Source: Raillietiella orientalis
Lineage: Eukaryota
NCBI GenBank assembly: GCA_036172245.1
Contig: JAYWIR010000007.1
Location: forward strand, 3,658,001-3,722,000
DNA: 64,000 bases
Direction of reading: 5' to 3'
The notes under the pieces were generated by a model. The model made no database searches. It worked only from the letters and a program-made list of their open reading frames with translations, and was not told the origin of the DNA. Below, one piece after another: positions 26,301-38,300 of this stretch. Position numbers and translations under genes: made by a program. Each line of letters starts with the position of its first letter. The first letter of the stretch is position 1.

Positions 26301-29300
26301 CTCCTCTTTCGAGTGCAGGACGCATGTTTGCTTGTTGTTGCTGCTGCAGACTCACGCAGCTGCTTTTTTCCGTTTCTTCTCTGCACGTTTCTCGCTGAAC
26401 CGAGGGTTCGAAGGAGACCACAGAGGAGAGATCCAGGGAAGATCCCATCGCTGGTCTGTGATCCCGCTCCGTCGAGCAGGCCTTCCCCATCCAATTCAAG
26501 GGAGCGTTGGTGGACCCGGGTTCATATTCGGAGCCTCGGACGTGGACTGAAGAATGCGCATCACAGCACTTTAGTTTCCATCTGCACACCCCGTACGGAG
26601 GCTGATCTCGCGAAGGGAGCGGTGGTTCGATGGCTCTAGAAATCCGGAAGGGATTCGAGACGAGCCTGCCTCGTGCAAAATCGAGTCGGAGTGGGGGTCG
26701 CCGTTAGCGCGCCACCCGGACTCCTTACCGCCACCCCACGTCTCTGGTCCCAGCGAATGGGCTGTCGGATCGGAGCATCCACTGCGTGCGGAGGCGACTT
26801 GGCCAAGAGGTCTCGCTCTGTGAGGGATCTACCCTCAGGGCATGCGACCGGGAAAGGACTCTCTCGTTGGGGGAACGCCTCCAGCCTCCCGAGGCGGGGC
26901 CGACATCGCGCTCCTCAAAGGCGAGGAGCGGATGCTTCGTTCCTCCCCTTCCTGTTTCCCCCGATGCTGACACCTGGAGTCGACGGCATGGCTTCCTGTC
27001 CCTGGGGTAGGAAGGCGACCGCTCCTCTCGGAGCCATGCCCTCCTCTTCTCTTTGGATGCAGCCCCTCGTCTCATCGTTTCACCCTGCACGGCGCAAGTT
27101 TTCAAAGGCGGTGACCGCTTTTGGTAGCATCCAGAGGTGGAAGGTCCGCGCGAAGCGCCGGTTAGCAGGATGCCATGGCTACGGAGAGCGAAAACTCTGT
27201 ACAGGCGAAGAGCGCCAATGGATACTATCTTGGAGAGGGAAGGGCCGGTGGACCTCCCTCCCCTCATCTGCTTCTCCTGCACTCGCGGGGATTCCAAGAG
27301 CTCCCATCGGTCTTCATGGTCTCTCCGGTCTTGCCCCTCTCTCTCTCTCCCCGAAGACGCGTCCCTCTCCCTCCTCCTTCGCGCCCTTGCACCCCCACTG
27401 GCATGCACCTCACTTACTCTGCCTGGGTTGCGCCTGCCTTGGCTGACGAGGCACCCCAACGCGCTTCCCGATCCGCCGCTGAAGACGTCGGGAACGCAGC
27501 TGCACTTTTCGCTTCCTCCCCCCCTTGCCATTTCGGGGCGACCCTGTTTTAAAATGGGACACCCGATCGCAACTCGCTGCGCAGTGGAGTGGTGGAAGCC
27601 CTCCCACGACATAGAGGGGCGTTGGGGTGCCGAGAGACAAGTCCGGAAACTCCGGAGTGGAGCGGCGGGAGTGCTGCGCCACTTCCTTCCCTCTCGAGCA
27701 GTTCCAGGATGCCTGTCCCTGCCCCCTTTCGCCGTCTCGGGCGGGGAGCATGAGCAAGGGCCATCCCGAGAGGGAAAGCGTCGGGGAAGAGGCGGGGGAG
27801 GCATATTCATTGGCCCCGTCTCCCTGCGCCTGAGGTGCGGCCAGAAGCTCTGGAAGCGGGGGGAGGAGGACGCAAACTGAACGAGGTGCCACCGGAGTCC
27901 GCGCGCCGTCAGGGGGAGTGGGTGGGATGAGAGTCAGATCTGCTCTAGGAGAGAGCATGGAGTCATCTCTTCCGTTGCTACCTGGAAGGAGACTCGCGGG
28001 GGTCCCTCCTCCAGGCGGTGCGTGCCCGCGCGAGCTCTCAGCCCCCTCCTCCCACGCGACCGCCGGGTCGGATTTTCGCAGCAGCATGACTCCGGGACTC
28101 GTGGGCGTTCGCTCCCTTCAACGAAACCGAATTTTTTTTTCTTCACCTTCGAAGGCTCCCAGGAACTCATCCAAGGAAATTCCCTTTCAGGGAAAGCATC
28201 CCTTGCGGGGCGGATCCGATGCGCCGCGTGAGTCGAGGGCAGGAAGGACGGAGGCCCGAGTGCTCCCCCAGACGGGGCATCTGCAGGGAAAAACGGATCT
28301 CCCGCCTTAGCGAACGGCTGCTCCTAAGGACGATGTGTCCCTGAGGCAACCCCGTTCCTCCTCTCCTTGGCTCTCCCATTCGCTCGGTGGAGTCCCCTCA
28401 GCGCCGGCGCTTCCTGCTGACATCCTCATGGGATGGCTCGTGTCCCGGGTCCGAGGGGATGGTAGCAACGAAAACGCCTCCTCCGTCTCCGTGCCGGGAC
28501 AGGGAGAACCTGAGCAGTGGATCCATCCCCCAGATCCCTTCCCTGCCTGGTACCACGGTACCCTCCTTCTAAAGGCGATTGATGCGCGTCGAAGGTCGCA
28601 GGTGTGGCTCCGTTAGAAGCAGCAGGGGTGCGACGAAATGCGACCTTTCATGTGGGGTGCAAGGGGATAGGGTATCCAGTGGGCCCGCACTGGAATCGGC
28701 TGTAGAGACCTTTGCACCCTGTTAAGGAGTCAGAGATGGGCCCCGAAGGTCCTCGTTACCTCCAGCTTTGCTGTCCTACGGATCTAGCCATTGCCTCCAT
28801 GGAAACAAAGATTGGGTCTCTTGGGAAAGGGGAGGGAGATGGCAGCTGTGTCCCTGCTTGCCGCTCACCCCCATCCTGTCTTCCTCCCCGCTTCCCTCGG
28901 GAGAGTGCATCACGCTACGACCTTCCCTCACCCCAACGGCTCCTGGTGAGCTCCGCGATCGCGTGGTCCCGAGGAGGGTGTCGGGTCTCCTTCTGCCCCT
29001 ACTCGGAAAGTTGACTGCGCCTCTGAGGAGTCCACCCCAACCACTCATCCCCACCTCCTCATTTCCCCTTCTTCCACTCTCTCTCCCTTACGGTTCCCTC
29101 TGACCAAAAAGGAAGTGCTCATGACCTTGGCTCCCCCTTCCCTCACTTCTTCTCCCCACCCACTCGGCTGCAGGAGCCTCTTCTCCTCAGTCACCTTCCC
29201 CGTCGTCAGGGAGATTTTGACCAAGGAACGCACACCTTCCGCTCCTCTCCCTTCCCTCGCGGGGGACTCCAAAGGGGACCGTAGGGAAAGGGTCCTCCGA

Positions 29301-32300
29301 TTTCTGACCCTCGTCCATTCCGCATCTGCGGGAGCGACTGAGCGGCCCCGTGGGTCGTCAGTCGGCTGCCACCGATGACCTGGAGGTCGTCCCCTCCTGG
29401 TTCCACCTGCCCCCGGCGAGGTTCCTCGCCTTCGGCAGCTTCCTCTGGTGGACGGCCGCGAGAACCCCCGTTGGACCGTCCTCCGCGGATTGGGATCGTG
29501 AGAAGCGAGGAGGGCGTTGTAGACCTGGACGCCCCCGCGTCAGAGCCGGTGGAGGACGCGGCCTCCTGAACGCCGGTCCCGGCCGCGGGAGGCTGCGTCC
29601 CAAATAAGGCTAGGTCGTCCTCTTCTCCCCTCCCTCCTCCCGTCTCCTCCCGCGGAGCTCCCGCACGTGACATTGAAAAGTACTTGGAATTCCCGAAAAG
29701 GACGCGGAATCCCGGATTCGTACCCGCGATCGCGCGCGCGGGCGGAGGACGGCGGGGCGCCACGCCAGCGAGAGATCCTCTGGAGCCACCCGCGTTCATC
29801 CATAGGAGGGAAAAGGGGGAGGAGGCTTCCCGGAGGGTCCGGGGGAGGAGGGAGAGTTCCCCCGGGATGCAAGAGGAGGAAGAGGAGGAGGAGGTGGCAG
29901 AAGGCGCCAGGGTATCATTCAGGCGGGGTGTCCCGGGAGAGGGGAGCTCCCGCGCACTGTGCCACGGTCTATTTTTGGCGTCTGGATTTGGCGCGGGAGC
30001 GCTCGCTCCCCTGCGGTTCCCGCGTCGGCCCGTGCGCCGGCAGTGCGCGGAGCGGTCTGGTGCTGTTCGGGTGCCGAGGGGACGACGCGCTGATCTCGCC
30101 GAAGGCCATGCCAATGTGAGTACCATTCCCGGGAGCCCCCGTCCTCTGTTCCCTCGAACCCTCCCTCCGCCCCTCGCATCTGGGCAGGCTCCCCCCTTCC
30201 CCCTGTCCAGGATGCAGAGCTTTCCAGAAGGAACTCAGGGACAAGGGGCGCCCGTTTTCTCCTCCCTGGGCGGTCGGAAGGGTTCCGTGAACACCACGCC
30301 CTTCCTGACGGAGCCTCCCTTTCCGGAGAACTTCTCCCCCCTCGTCCTTTCCCTGACGCCGATCACCCCCTCCCTTCCCCCAATTCGCTCCTCTCTCCCG
30401 CCCTCTGCAGGTGAAGAGGGGCGTCCATCCGTTCCGCTCGCATCCAATGGAGCCCTCCGCGCCGCGAGGCCGTGGTGGTGGCGAGGGGACCCCAGCCAGC
30501 TCTCCCTTCCCCAGAAACCTCTGCTCTTCTGCCTTCGGGAGCGAACAGACGAGAGGAGAAGAGAACGCCTCGATTCGAGGTGGACGCAGCATTCTGCAGG
30601 ATGGGAAAGACCAGGAGGGTCCGAGAAGATCCCTGCTGCTTCGTCCATCCTCGTTCGTGCTTTCCCTCCAGCGGTCTCCGGGAATGGTCGCTGCGGAGTC
30701 CTTTCTCCGCGCTCTTCTCGTACTTCTTGGGTGGCTTCCAGAGGTGGCTTCTCCCCTTCCCGTTACGGCGGCGCGTGTCTCCATGTTGCCCTCCCGTATC
30801 GACCCCGAGGGTCTCGTGGCCCACACTCCCTGGCGGACAGATTCACCTCGATTCGGAGCTTCTCCACTGAAGCATGAAGGGTGGGTGGTGAGATAGGGAA
30901 AATTCCCGGAAAAAAATCCTCAATCAGGTTCTTCGTTTCTCGAAGAATCGTGGGATGCCGAAAGGAGAGTCGAACGGGGTTCTTTGCGAGGTGGCCCAGG
31001 ACGACTGGGAAGATCTGGGGGGAAGAAAGGGAACCGTTCCTGAGAGGCAAGGAGTGTGCATCATACCAATCCACCCTCAAGACGTTCAGAGGCGCAGGTC
31101 CACCGCCGCAGTCGGTCAGCAGCCGCGGCTTTCTGGTCCAGGGGCTCTGGGGTAACATCATGTTCCTCTGGGCCTCCTGATTTCTTTGATAGGACCACCA
31201 TGACATTTAGAATAGGGGCAGGAGTCCCTGGTCAGTGTTCACTCGAAGACATCGCGCCGCATCGGGATAACTGGCACACTCGTGAAGGAGCGCGTCCTCA
31301 GGAGTCTGCTTGCGTGCTGACCCAGGACGTCAGCAGACAGGGTGGCGCGTTCTAAGTCAGTTCGAAAGACGCCTCTGGACCCCGTGACCCCCTCGACGAG
31401 ACATTCTCTACTGCACCACGTGTGATGGGGGCCGCGCCGTGCTTGTTAGCCAGCGCGCTTCCGGGTTCCGCGTTTGCCGCAGCGTGTCGCGCGGCACGCA
31501 TCCGCTCGCAGTCGGGAGTCGGCACTCGTGCACTCGCGTGTCGAAACGCCCGCAGGCGTGTGCACGCGCGAGCTTCGCGAGAGAAGGTGGCGGTGGGGTC
31601 AGGCAGGCTCCGTGAGATCACGAAGACCCTCCGCGCTCCCAGGTTCCGCGAACGCGCTCTGCGTGGCCACAGCTCGCATGGGCGGATGCCTTCAGGTTGC
31701 TCCCTGTTCGGTTTCGAAGGATACCAGGATCTGGTGGCGCTCAGAGGCTGCCACGAGCGATACTGTTCCCGAAGCTGAGCTAGCAAGGAGCGTCCTCAGG
31801 CCGAGCTAAAGCCCCGTTCTAAACCGGAAGTGACTGATCCCGTGGACACGGTCTTCCCGTCCCAGAGATCGCCCACCTCTCGTATCCGAAGCAGCAGAGA
31901 AGGGATGGGGAAGGAGGGGGAGAGGGAACAGCTTCCACAGGTAGCTTCTTTAGAGCGAAAGCCACATCCTGATGGTCCCGAGAGTGGCAGTTCTCGCACC
32001 CGGACCGAACACACTTCTCTTTTCGTGGTGCTTACGGTCCAGAATTGCAGCCATTCTTCTGCTTCTTCCTTCCGCTCCCGTTTCCCTGACCGATTGCCGA
32101 GGAACCAGCTTGCTGTTCGAAAAAGAGGATTCTATCCTTTCGAGCGCGTGCGATTTATCTTCCTGGGAATGCCGGATTTTTCAAGAGTTCCGGAACCAGT
32201 CGAATGCTCTGGGAACGGGAAACTCAGAATCTGCGTTCTTTTTTCCCTCTCATCTTTGGAATGATGAATCCTCTGCTGATAAGAAGACGAACGATGCTTG

Positions 32301-35300
32301 TCCCTACCAGAAATTCCAAATTAGTGGGCTTTCCTCCTCCGAGCGGAACTCTCGAATCCTCCGGGAAGAACAGGATTTTCCTGGAATCCCGTCTTATCGA
32401 TTTTTCTCTTCACCCGTTGCCAGGCTACCGGGTCGAGCTCCGAGAGTCACGCACCCGCAATAGACAGCACGGACTGCAGATGTACAACGGAATTGCGTTC
32501 GAAGGCGCTGGGGGTAGCTGCGGTACTCGTGACTGGGCAGAGGATGGTCTGCGGAGATCACCAGCAAGTGCAGTCCACCTCAGTAAGGGCTTGAGGATAG
32601 GGAATGGGAAGAGAAGGTGGGTGGCAGGATGCAGCAGGGAAGAGGGTGAACAACTTTGCAAAGACGTGACGGTAGTTGTTCTGGAAACCTGTACACCTGC
32701 CTCCGGCATCCTCCGCCAATGGCGGGATGAGAACTGCTCGACAGCCTCAGATCTGTGGATGCCAGGATACAAATCGCCTCCTGTTCAGATTATCCTTCAA
32801 ACTGCCTCCTCCCCGCAACCTGTATCCTTCTGAAACGTTCATCTTCCCTCTTGGAGTTCCATTTTTCGGAGCAGTTTGTATAGACGCGGCGGTAGATCAT
32901 GGTGAAGAGAGCAGCATCCCTCCGATACGCTTATGAATAAGAGTTAGGACTGCGTAATAGTCCACATTTCATCATAAGACTCGTGGGAGCAAATCCTGCT
33001 GATAAGTTCCAGATGTATCCATCTTTAATCATTCATTTCGTTTTTGTCTTCTTTTTTCCTGTTTTCTTTTGTTTTCTTTCGAGCATACATGACGTCAGAG
33101 ATGAGGGGTGGAAGGGAGTGGAGGCGTCGCGAGTTCTCGCGGACTGAGCACGAGACTTCCTCTCTTCCGCTAGCAGCATCCCTCTCCCTTCCTTTCGTCT
33201 AACGGAGATGGAATAGAAACCCTTCGCATTCCTTTCTGAATTTCGGCAAAACTTCTCTGTGGCGCAGCAATATCCCTCCCCCTATTGCCGTGACAACGCC
33301 TCAGTTCCCCTTCGGAGGATTCATGTGTACTCGCAGAAGGCTCGCATCCGCGCAGCGCGCGGTATGTGCATCTCGCGTCTCGGAGCTCGAAAAGGTGCAT
33401 CTGCTTTCCCATTGACATCGGATGAATCAGGAGTAAGCAGGAAGGAGAGAGGGGAGGAGAAGCAAGGCGCGCGCGCGCTCTCTTCCGAACATCCTGCCAA
33501 GGAGATCCATCCGATCGCGATGCCGGAGCAAAGGAAAGCTCTGATGGGCAGCCAGGCCTCGTCGGCTCGGGCTGTCATTCAATCTGTGCCAGGTTCCCAG
33601 CACCGAGGCGGTGAAGAGGGCGAGTCCACAGCTCTCCGGGCGCGGAGCAGGCTCTTTGAGGACTAGAATGGAAGGAACCGAGGCTCCTCTCACCGCATGC
33701 TCCCTAGGGTTTCGTTCGGGAGTCCCCGAAGACGTTTACCATGGACTCCAATGCTCAGGAGATTTGTCAGGACCCGTGATCTCCGTCAGCATCCGTTGGA
33801 CTCGTCGAATCCTCGGACTAATTTCTGGACTCGCGGCCCGTTGCTTCGAGAGACGGCGGACCCTAGGCTCTCGAAATCGGCGGCAGGGTTCTCAGCTCTC
33901 TCCTGTCTGCGTCTCTGCATCCTCGCAGGGGTGATTTGCAGTCTGCGCGATAACGATCCCCGAGGTCCTACTTCCCCCTCGGTTTCGGATAGGCCGTTGC
34001 TGAAACCAACATATTCCTATCGTGGACGAATAACAAGACCACCGTCTGGGTCACCCTGTACCGCGTGCGGACCTCTTGACCGCGCTGAGTTGACCGTTTC
34101 GGACGTTCGAAGCTCCAAGTGTCTTCTTCTTGCAGCCAAATCGACGGTGTAGCGCCCTCATTCGCCCAGAAACCGACCATCAGGCAAAAGGAAGACGGCA
34201 AAAGATTGCAGTTCGACTGCAGGATTGTTGCCGACCCACAGCCAGAGATCACTTGGTATCACGATGACATCAAGGTGCCCAGCGACCCGAGGCACAAGGT
34301 AAGCATGCAGTCCCATCCCATTCCGCGAGGCGCGCGAGCGGGGGACCGCGCGCCTCCCGTCCTTCTCTCCGAGCCGGGGAGCAATAGGGATTCTCCCACT
34401 TTTCTCCTCCGCTCCCTCACTTGACCACGAGAGGAGCTTGCTTGTCTGATGCTAAGCCAATCCCGTGGAAAACCACTTCCATCCTCTTCCCTTGCACCAT
34501 GCATCCACATCGCAGCTCAGGGAGTCACTGGCGGTCCCAGGCTCCCTTCTAGATGGTCTCGTCCGCTCACAGCCGTCAAGACAGACGGAAGCATTTCGAG
34601 GCCCACTGTGCCCGCGCGTGCATCAAGGGAGGAGAGGACTCCATTTACCCTTGATCTTCGCGCCACAAAAAGTCGGAGATCGTCCCCGCCGCCACAGATT
34701 CTATTTTCTCGTCTTTGTTGAACAGGGAACGGTTTCTTTCGCGGGACGAATGGCGCGATTAGGAAGCCGCGGGTGCGAGCGGTTGCTTAGACAACCTCAT
34801 TCCTTGCAGCTAGTAGGGTGGGATACTTTTCCAAGATGACAGCCCCAGGACAAAGACATAATGAAGGAAAAGGTTGAGCTGTTCCCCAAAGGTCTCTGAA
34901 TACTTAGGAAACGCGCGAGAAGCACGGAGGTGACAATAACAAGGATGAGATGAAACAAAAATGGGTGCAGAGAATCCAAGAGTGTCGGAACTGTTTCTGG
35001 AGCACTACTACTGGTCAACGCAGAGAAACCCCATGATCTCTCGAAGCATTCGTTTAACCGTGATGCTCTTCGCAGCAGGTGCCTCGACAGCTGCCATCGA
35101 AAATTTTCACCCAGACGCTTCCATGGATAAGCTCCACATGAGACGAAGCCATCCTGCGCGATCGTCTGAGACGAACAGCCTCATCGCACCACGACAGCAA
35201 GCAGCAACCGACAACTCAAGTCAACTCGGAAGCAAGCGGCCATCCCAAATTCACCACCTTGCTGCGGCCCGGCGTACGGCGCTTGCACCGTCCTCTCGGG

Positions 35301-38300
35301 CGACGAGGCGTCCTGCGAGAGCAGCAGACCGCCGAGGCAACTCGCGCGCCCCGCGCCGCGCTCGCGACTCGAGCGCGCCAGCAGCGACACCGGCGGCGAG
35401 CGCGACATGCGCGGCCGACCGCGGCTCCCCCCTCCCCTCCTTCTTCCCTAGCTGACGGGGAGGCCGACGAGAGACCACGCCGAGTCCTCAGCCGACGGCA
35501 CAGCGGGAGGCACGGAAGCGTGTCGCGCTTCCTCCTCTCGACGGCCGTCGGCGCCCACCAGGGGCCGCACCATCCGAGGGGACGCGCACGGACGGGACGA
35601 GCCTCCGGAGACTTCGCGGTCACGGTCGGCAGAGGGAAGCAACGAGTTCGCCCCTCCTTCCCGCTCTTCCCTCAGAGTCGCGTCCCATCCATCGGCAAGC
35701 GGCGGCGTTCGGGGTGTGGCGGCCGAGAGAGGCGCGCGCGCGCGGTGCTGCCGCTTCGCGGCCGGCGTTTCGAACCTCCTCTTCGCTCTGTGGGAGAGGA
35801 GGGGACAGCGCGAGACGCTGTGGAGCTCATCTGGCGGTGAAGATGGGCATATCGGAGGTTCTGTTCCGGGGACCGCAGCTGCTGCGATGCCAGGAGCGGT
35901 GGCGCGCCTCGCCTTGCCCTTTCTGTCCTCCTCCTTGCTCGCCCTCTTGTGGATTCTTCGGCCCGCGCCCCGATGCTAAAAGACGAGAAAAAACAAAAAA
36001 ACCCTTTCAGATTTCCGTGAGGAAGGAGAAGGACGCTTACGTGTCCGTCCTGGAGATCCTGGGCGTGACGGTGGAGGACGCTGGCCGTTACAGGGTTACC
36101 GCCAAAAACACGCTGGGGGAAAGCAACGCCACCATCAGCCTGAACTTCGACAGTGAGTCCTGACCTTTCTGCCCTTCCCCCCGGGAGCTCCCGTGCGCAG
36201 CGGGCTGCAGCCGTTCCTCCTTCATGCACTCCTTTTGCAGGTGACGATGCCCCCCTTCCGAAGGGAGGCACGAAGCCCACCTTCACCGAGCGCCCCCTCG
36301 TCAAGCAGTCCGAGGACTTCAGCTCCGTTGTGCTGGAGTGCCGCCTGGTCGGCGATCCGAAGCCCATAGTGACCTGGTTCAACGGAGCCAAGGAGGTCAA
36401 GTCCGGAGGGCGCTTTGGCATCTCGCTGACCAAGGACCTGGAGATATACTACCTGGCGAGGCTGGAAATCAGGGACGTTGAATCCTCCGACGGGGGGGAG
36501 TACAAGGCGGTCGCCAGAAACGAGCACGGGGAGAGTGTCGCCAGCATCAACCTCAACTTCGAGGACGACGAAGAAAAGCCCAAGTGAGGAGGCGCCCTCG
36601 CCCTCCCCGTACGAGAGGGAGGAGAGGGAGGGAAGGTCGACTTCACCCTGTTTCCTCCTCCTTTCACACCAGGGTCCCCGATGGGAGGCCCCCGCGCTTC
36701 CCCCAGAAGCCGGTGATCCGTCAGGAGGAGGACAACCTGATCATGGAGTGCCTCCTGGAATGCAACCCTTCCCCGGACGTCACGTGGTACCAGGGTACGA
36801 AGGTCCTGCAGAACTCGGAGCGCATCCAGATCTCCATGGAAGAGAAGAAGAAGGACACCTTCGTCCTGCGATTGCAGATAACGGACCCCGTCTTCGAGGA
36901 CGGTGGCATCTACCGGTGCAACGCGGTGAACGTCCTCGGAGAGAGCAATGCAAACATCACCCTTAATTTCCAAGGTGACCGGGAAGGGATGGATGGAGGG
37001 AGGTTCCCCCTCCAGGAGTGCTTTCTTGCCCTCCCTCGCTGCTATCTCCTTTCTTCCTGGGATCCTCCTCCCGCCCTCTTTCCTTCCTCCTGAGCCGCGG
37101 CCTACGCCTTCACCCCCCCTCTCTCTCCTTCCGCAGGTGACGAGGACGAGGACGAGGACGAGGAGCCTCCGAAGGGGTTCGCTCCCACCTTCCTGGAGAA
37201 GCCCTGCATCGTACCCAATGAGCAGGGCACTCTGATCCGCATGAAGTGCAGGTTCAAGGCCATGCCAAAGCCCACCGTGACCTGGTACAAGGGCTCGAAT
37301 CTAGTCAAGGAAAGCCCCAGACACAGGATCCTCTTCAAGGAGGAAGGAGAGAACTACGAATGTGTGCTCGAAGTGAAGGTAGGGGGCGGGATGGGGTAGG
37401 GGAAGGCTGCGGAGCAAGAATACGACCTTCCGTATCTCCCAGAACCCGGAAATTTCGGACGCCGCCGCCTACAAGTGCATCGTGCAGAACGACTTTGGGG
37501 AGATCACGGCCAACCTCAACCTCAACATCGAAGGTGAGTCTCTCTCCCTCCCCCTTCCTCAGGGGAGGTCCGCAATCCTCCGAAATTCTCGAGATCTTTC
37601 CGAGAGTGGTGACCCGCTCCCCGTCGAGAGGCAGAAGGGCGAAGCGGGGGCGTTTCGGATCCGCTTCCGGTGGAAAACATGCTGTCCGCTCCTCCCTCAA
37701 CCCTCCTTCCCGTTCTAGTTGCTCCCGAGATCCCCGAGAAGCCGAAGCTCGTGAAGATCGAGAAGAAGCGCACCGTGCAGATCGAGTGCAAGGTCGTGTG
37801 CACGTCATTGCCCGAGGTCATCTGGTACAAGGAGAACACGGTGGTCAAGCAGGACTCTCGACACATCATCCAGGTCGACAGGCTCAAGGAGGTGAGAGGT
37901 GGAAACCCGTGTCCCGTCCCCTTCCTTCTCTGCTCTCCAAATGGAGTTGACCACTCTTTCACCCTCAGGGAGAGTTCCTCGTCAAGCTGGAGATTGAGGA
38001 GGCTCAGAAGACCGATCTCGGGATGTACAGTATGATGGCAAAGAACGTGAAAGGCGAGGTGACCTCTCAGACCGTCGAGCTGAACGAGGTGCCAGAACCG
38101 GGAAGGAAGCCGGAAATCCAGGAAGGACTCAGGACTCTCGTGAGTACTTTCGAGAAGTCACGCCAGCAGCGCTCTTCAACGGCGCTCTCTGCGCCTTCAA
38201 GGTGAGAAAGGTGCACACCCTGCTGGAGCTGTCGTGCGTACTGAAGGAGGAGGAGTCATCGGCAGAGGTCATCTGGCTGAGGTGAAGGGGAGGCCTCGGC

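Noticed and set aside
26673..30896. Long overlapping ORFs (257-397 aa) as a nested gene in the 12.6-kb intron
   Set aside because: Open frames on both strands with low-complexity composition, no coherent domain and no splice chain.
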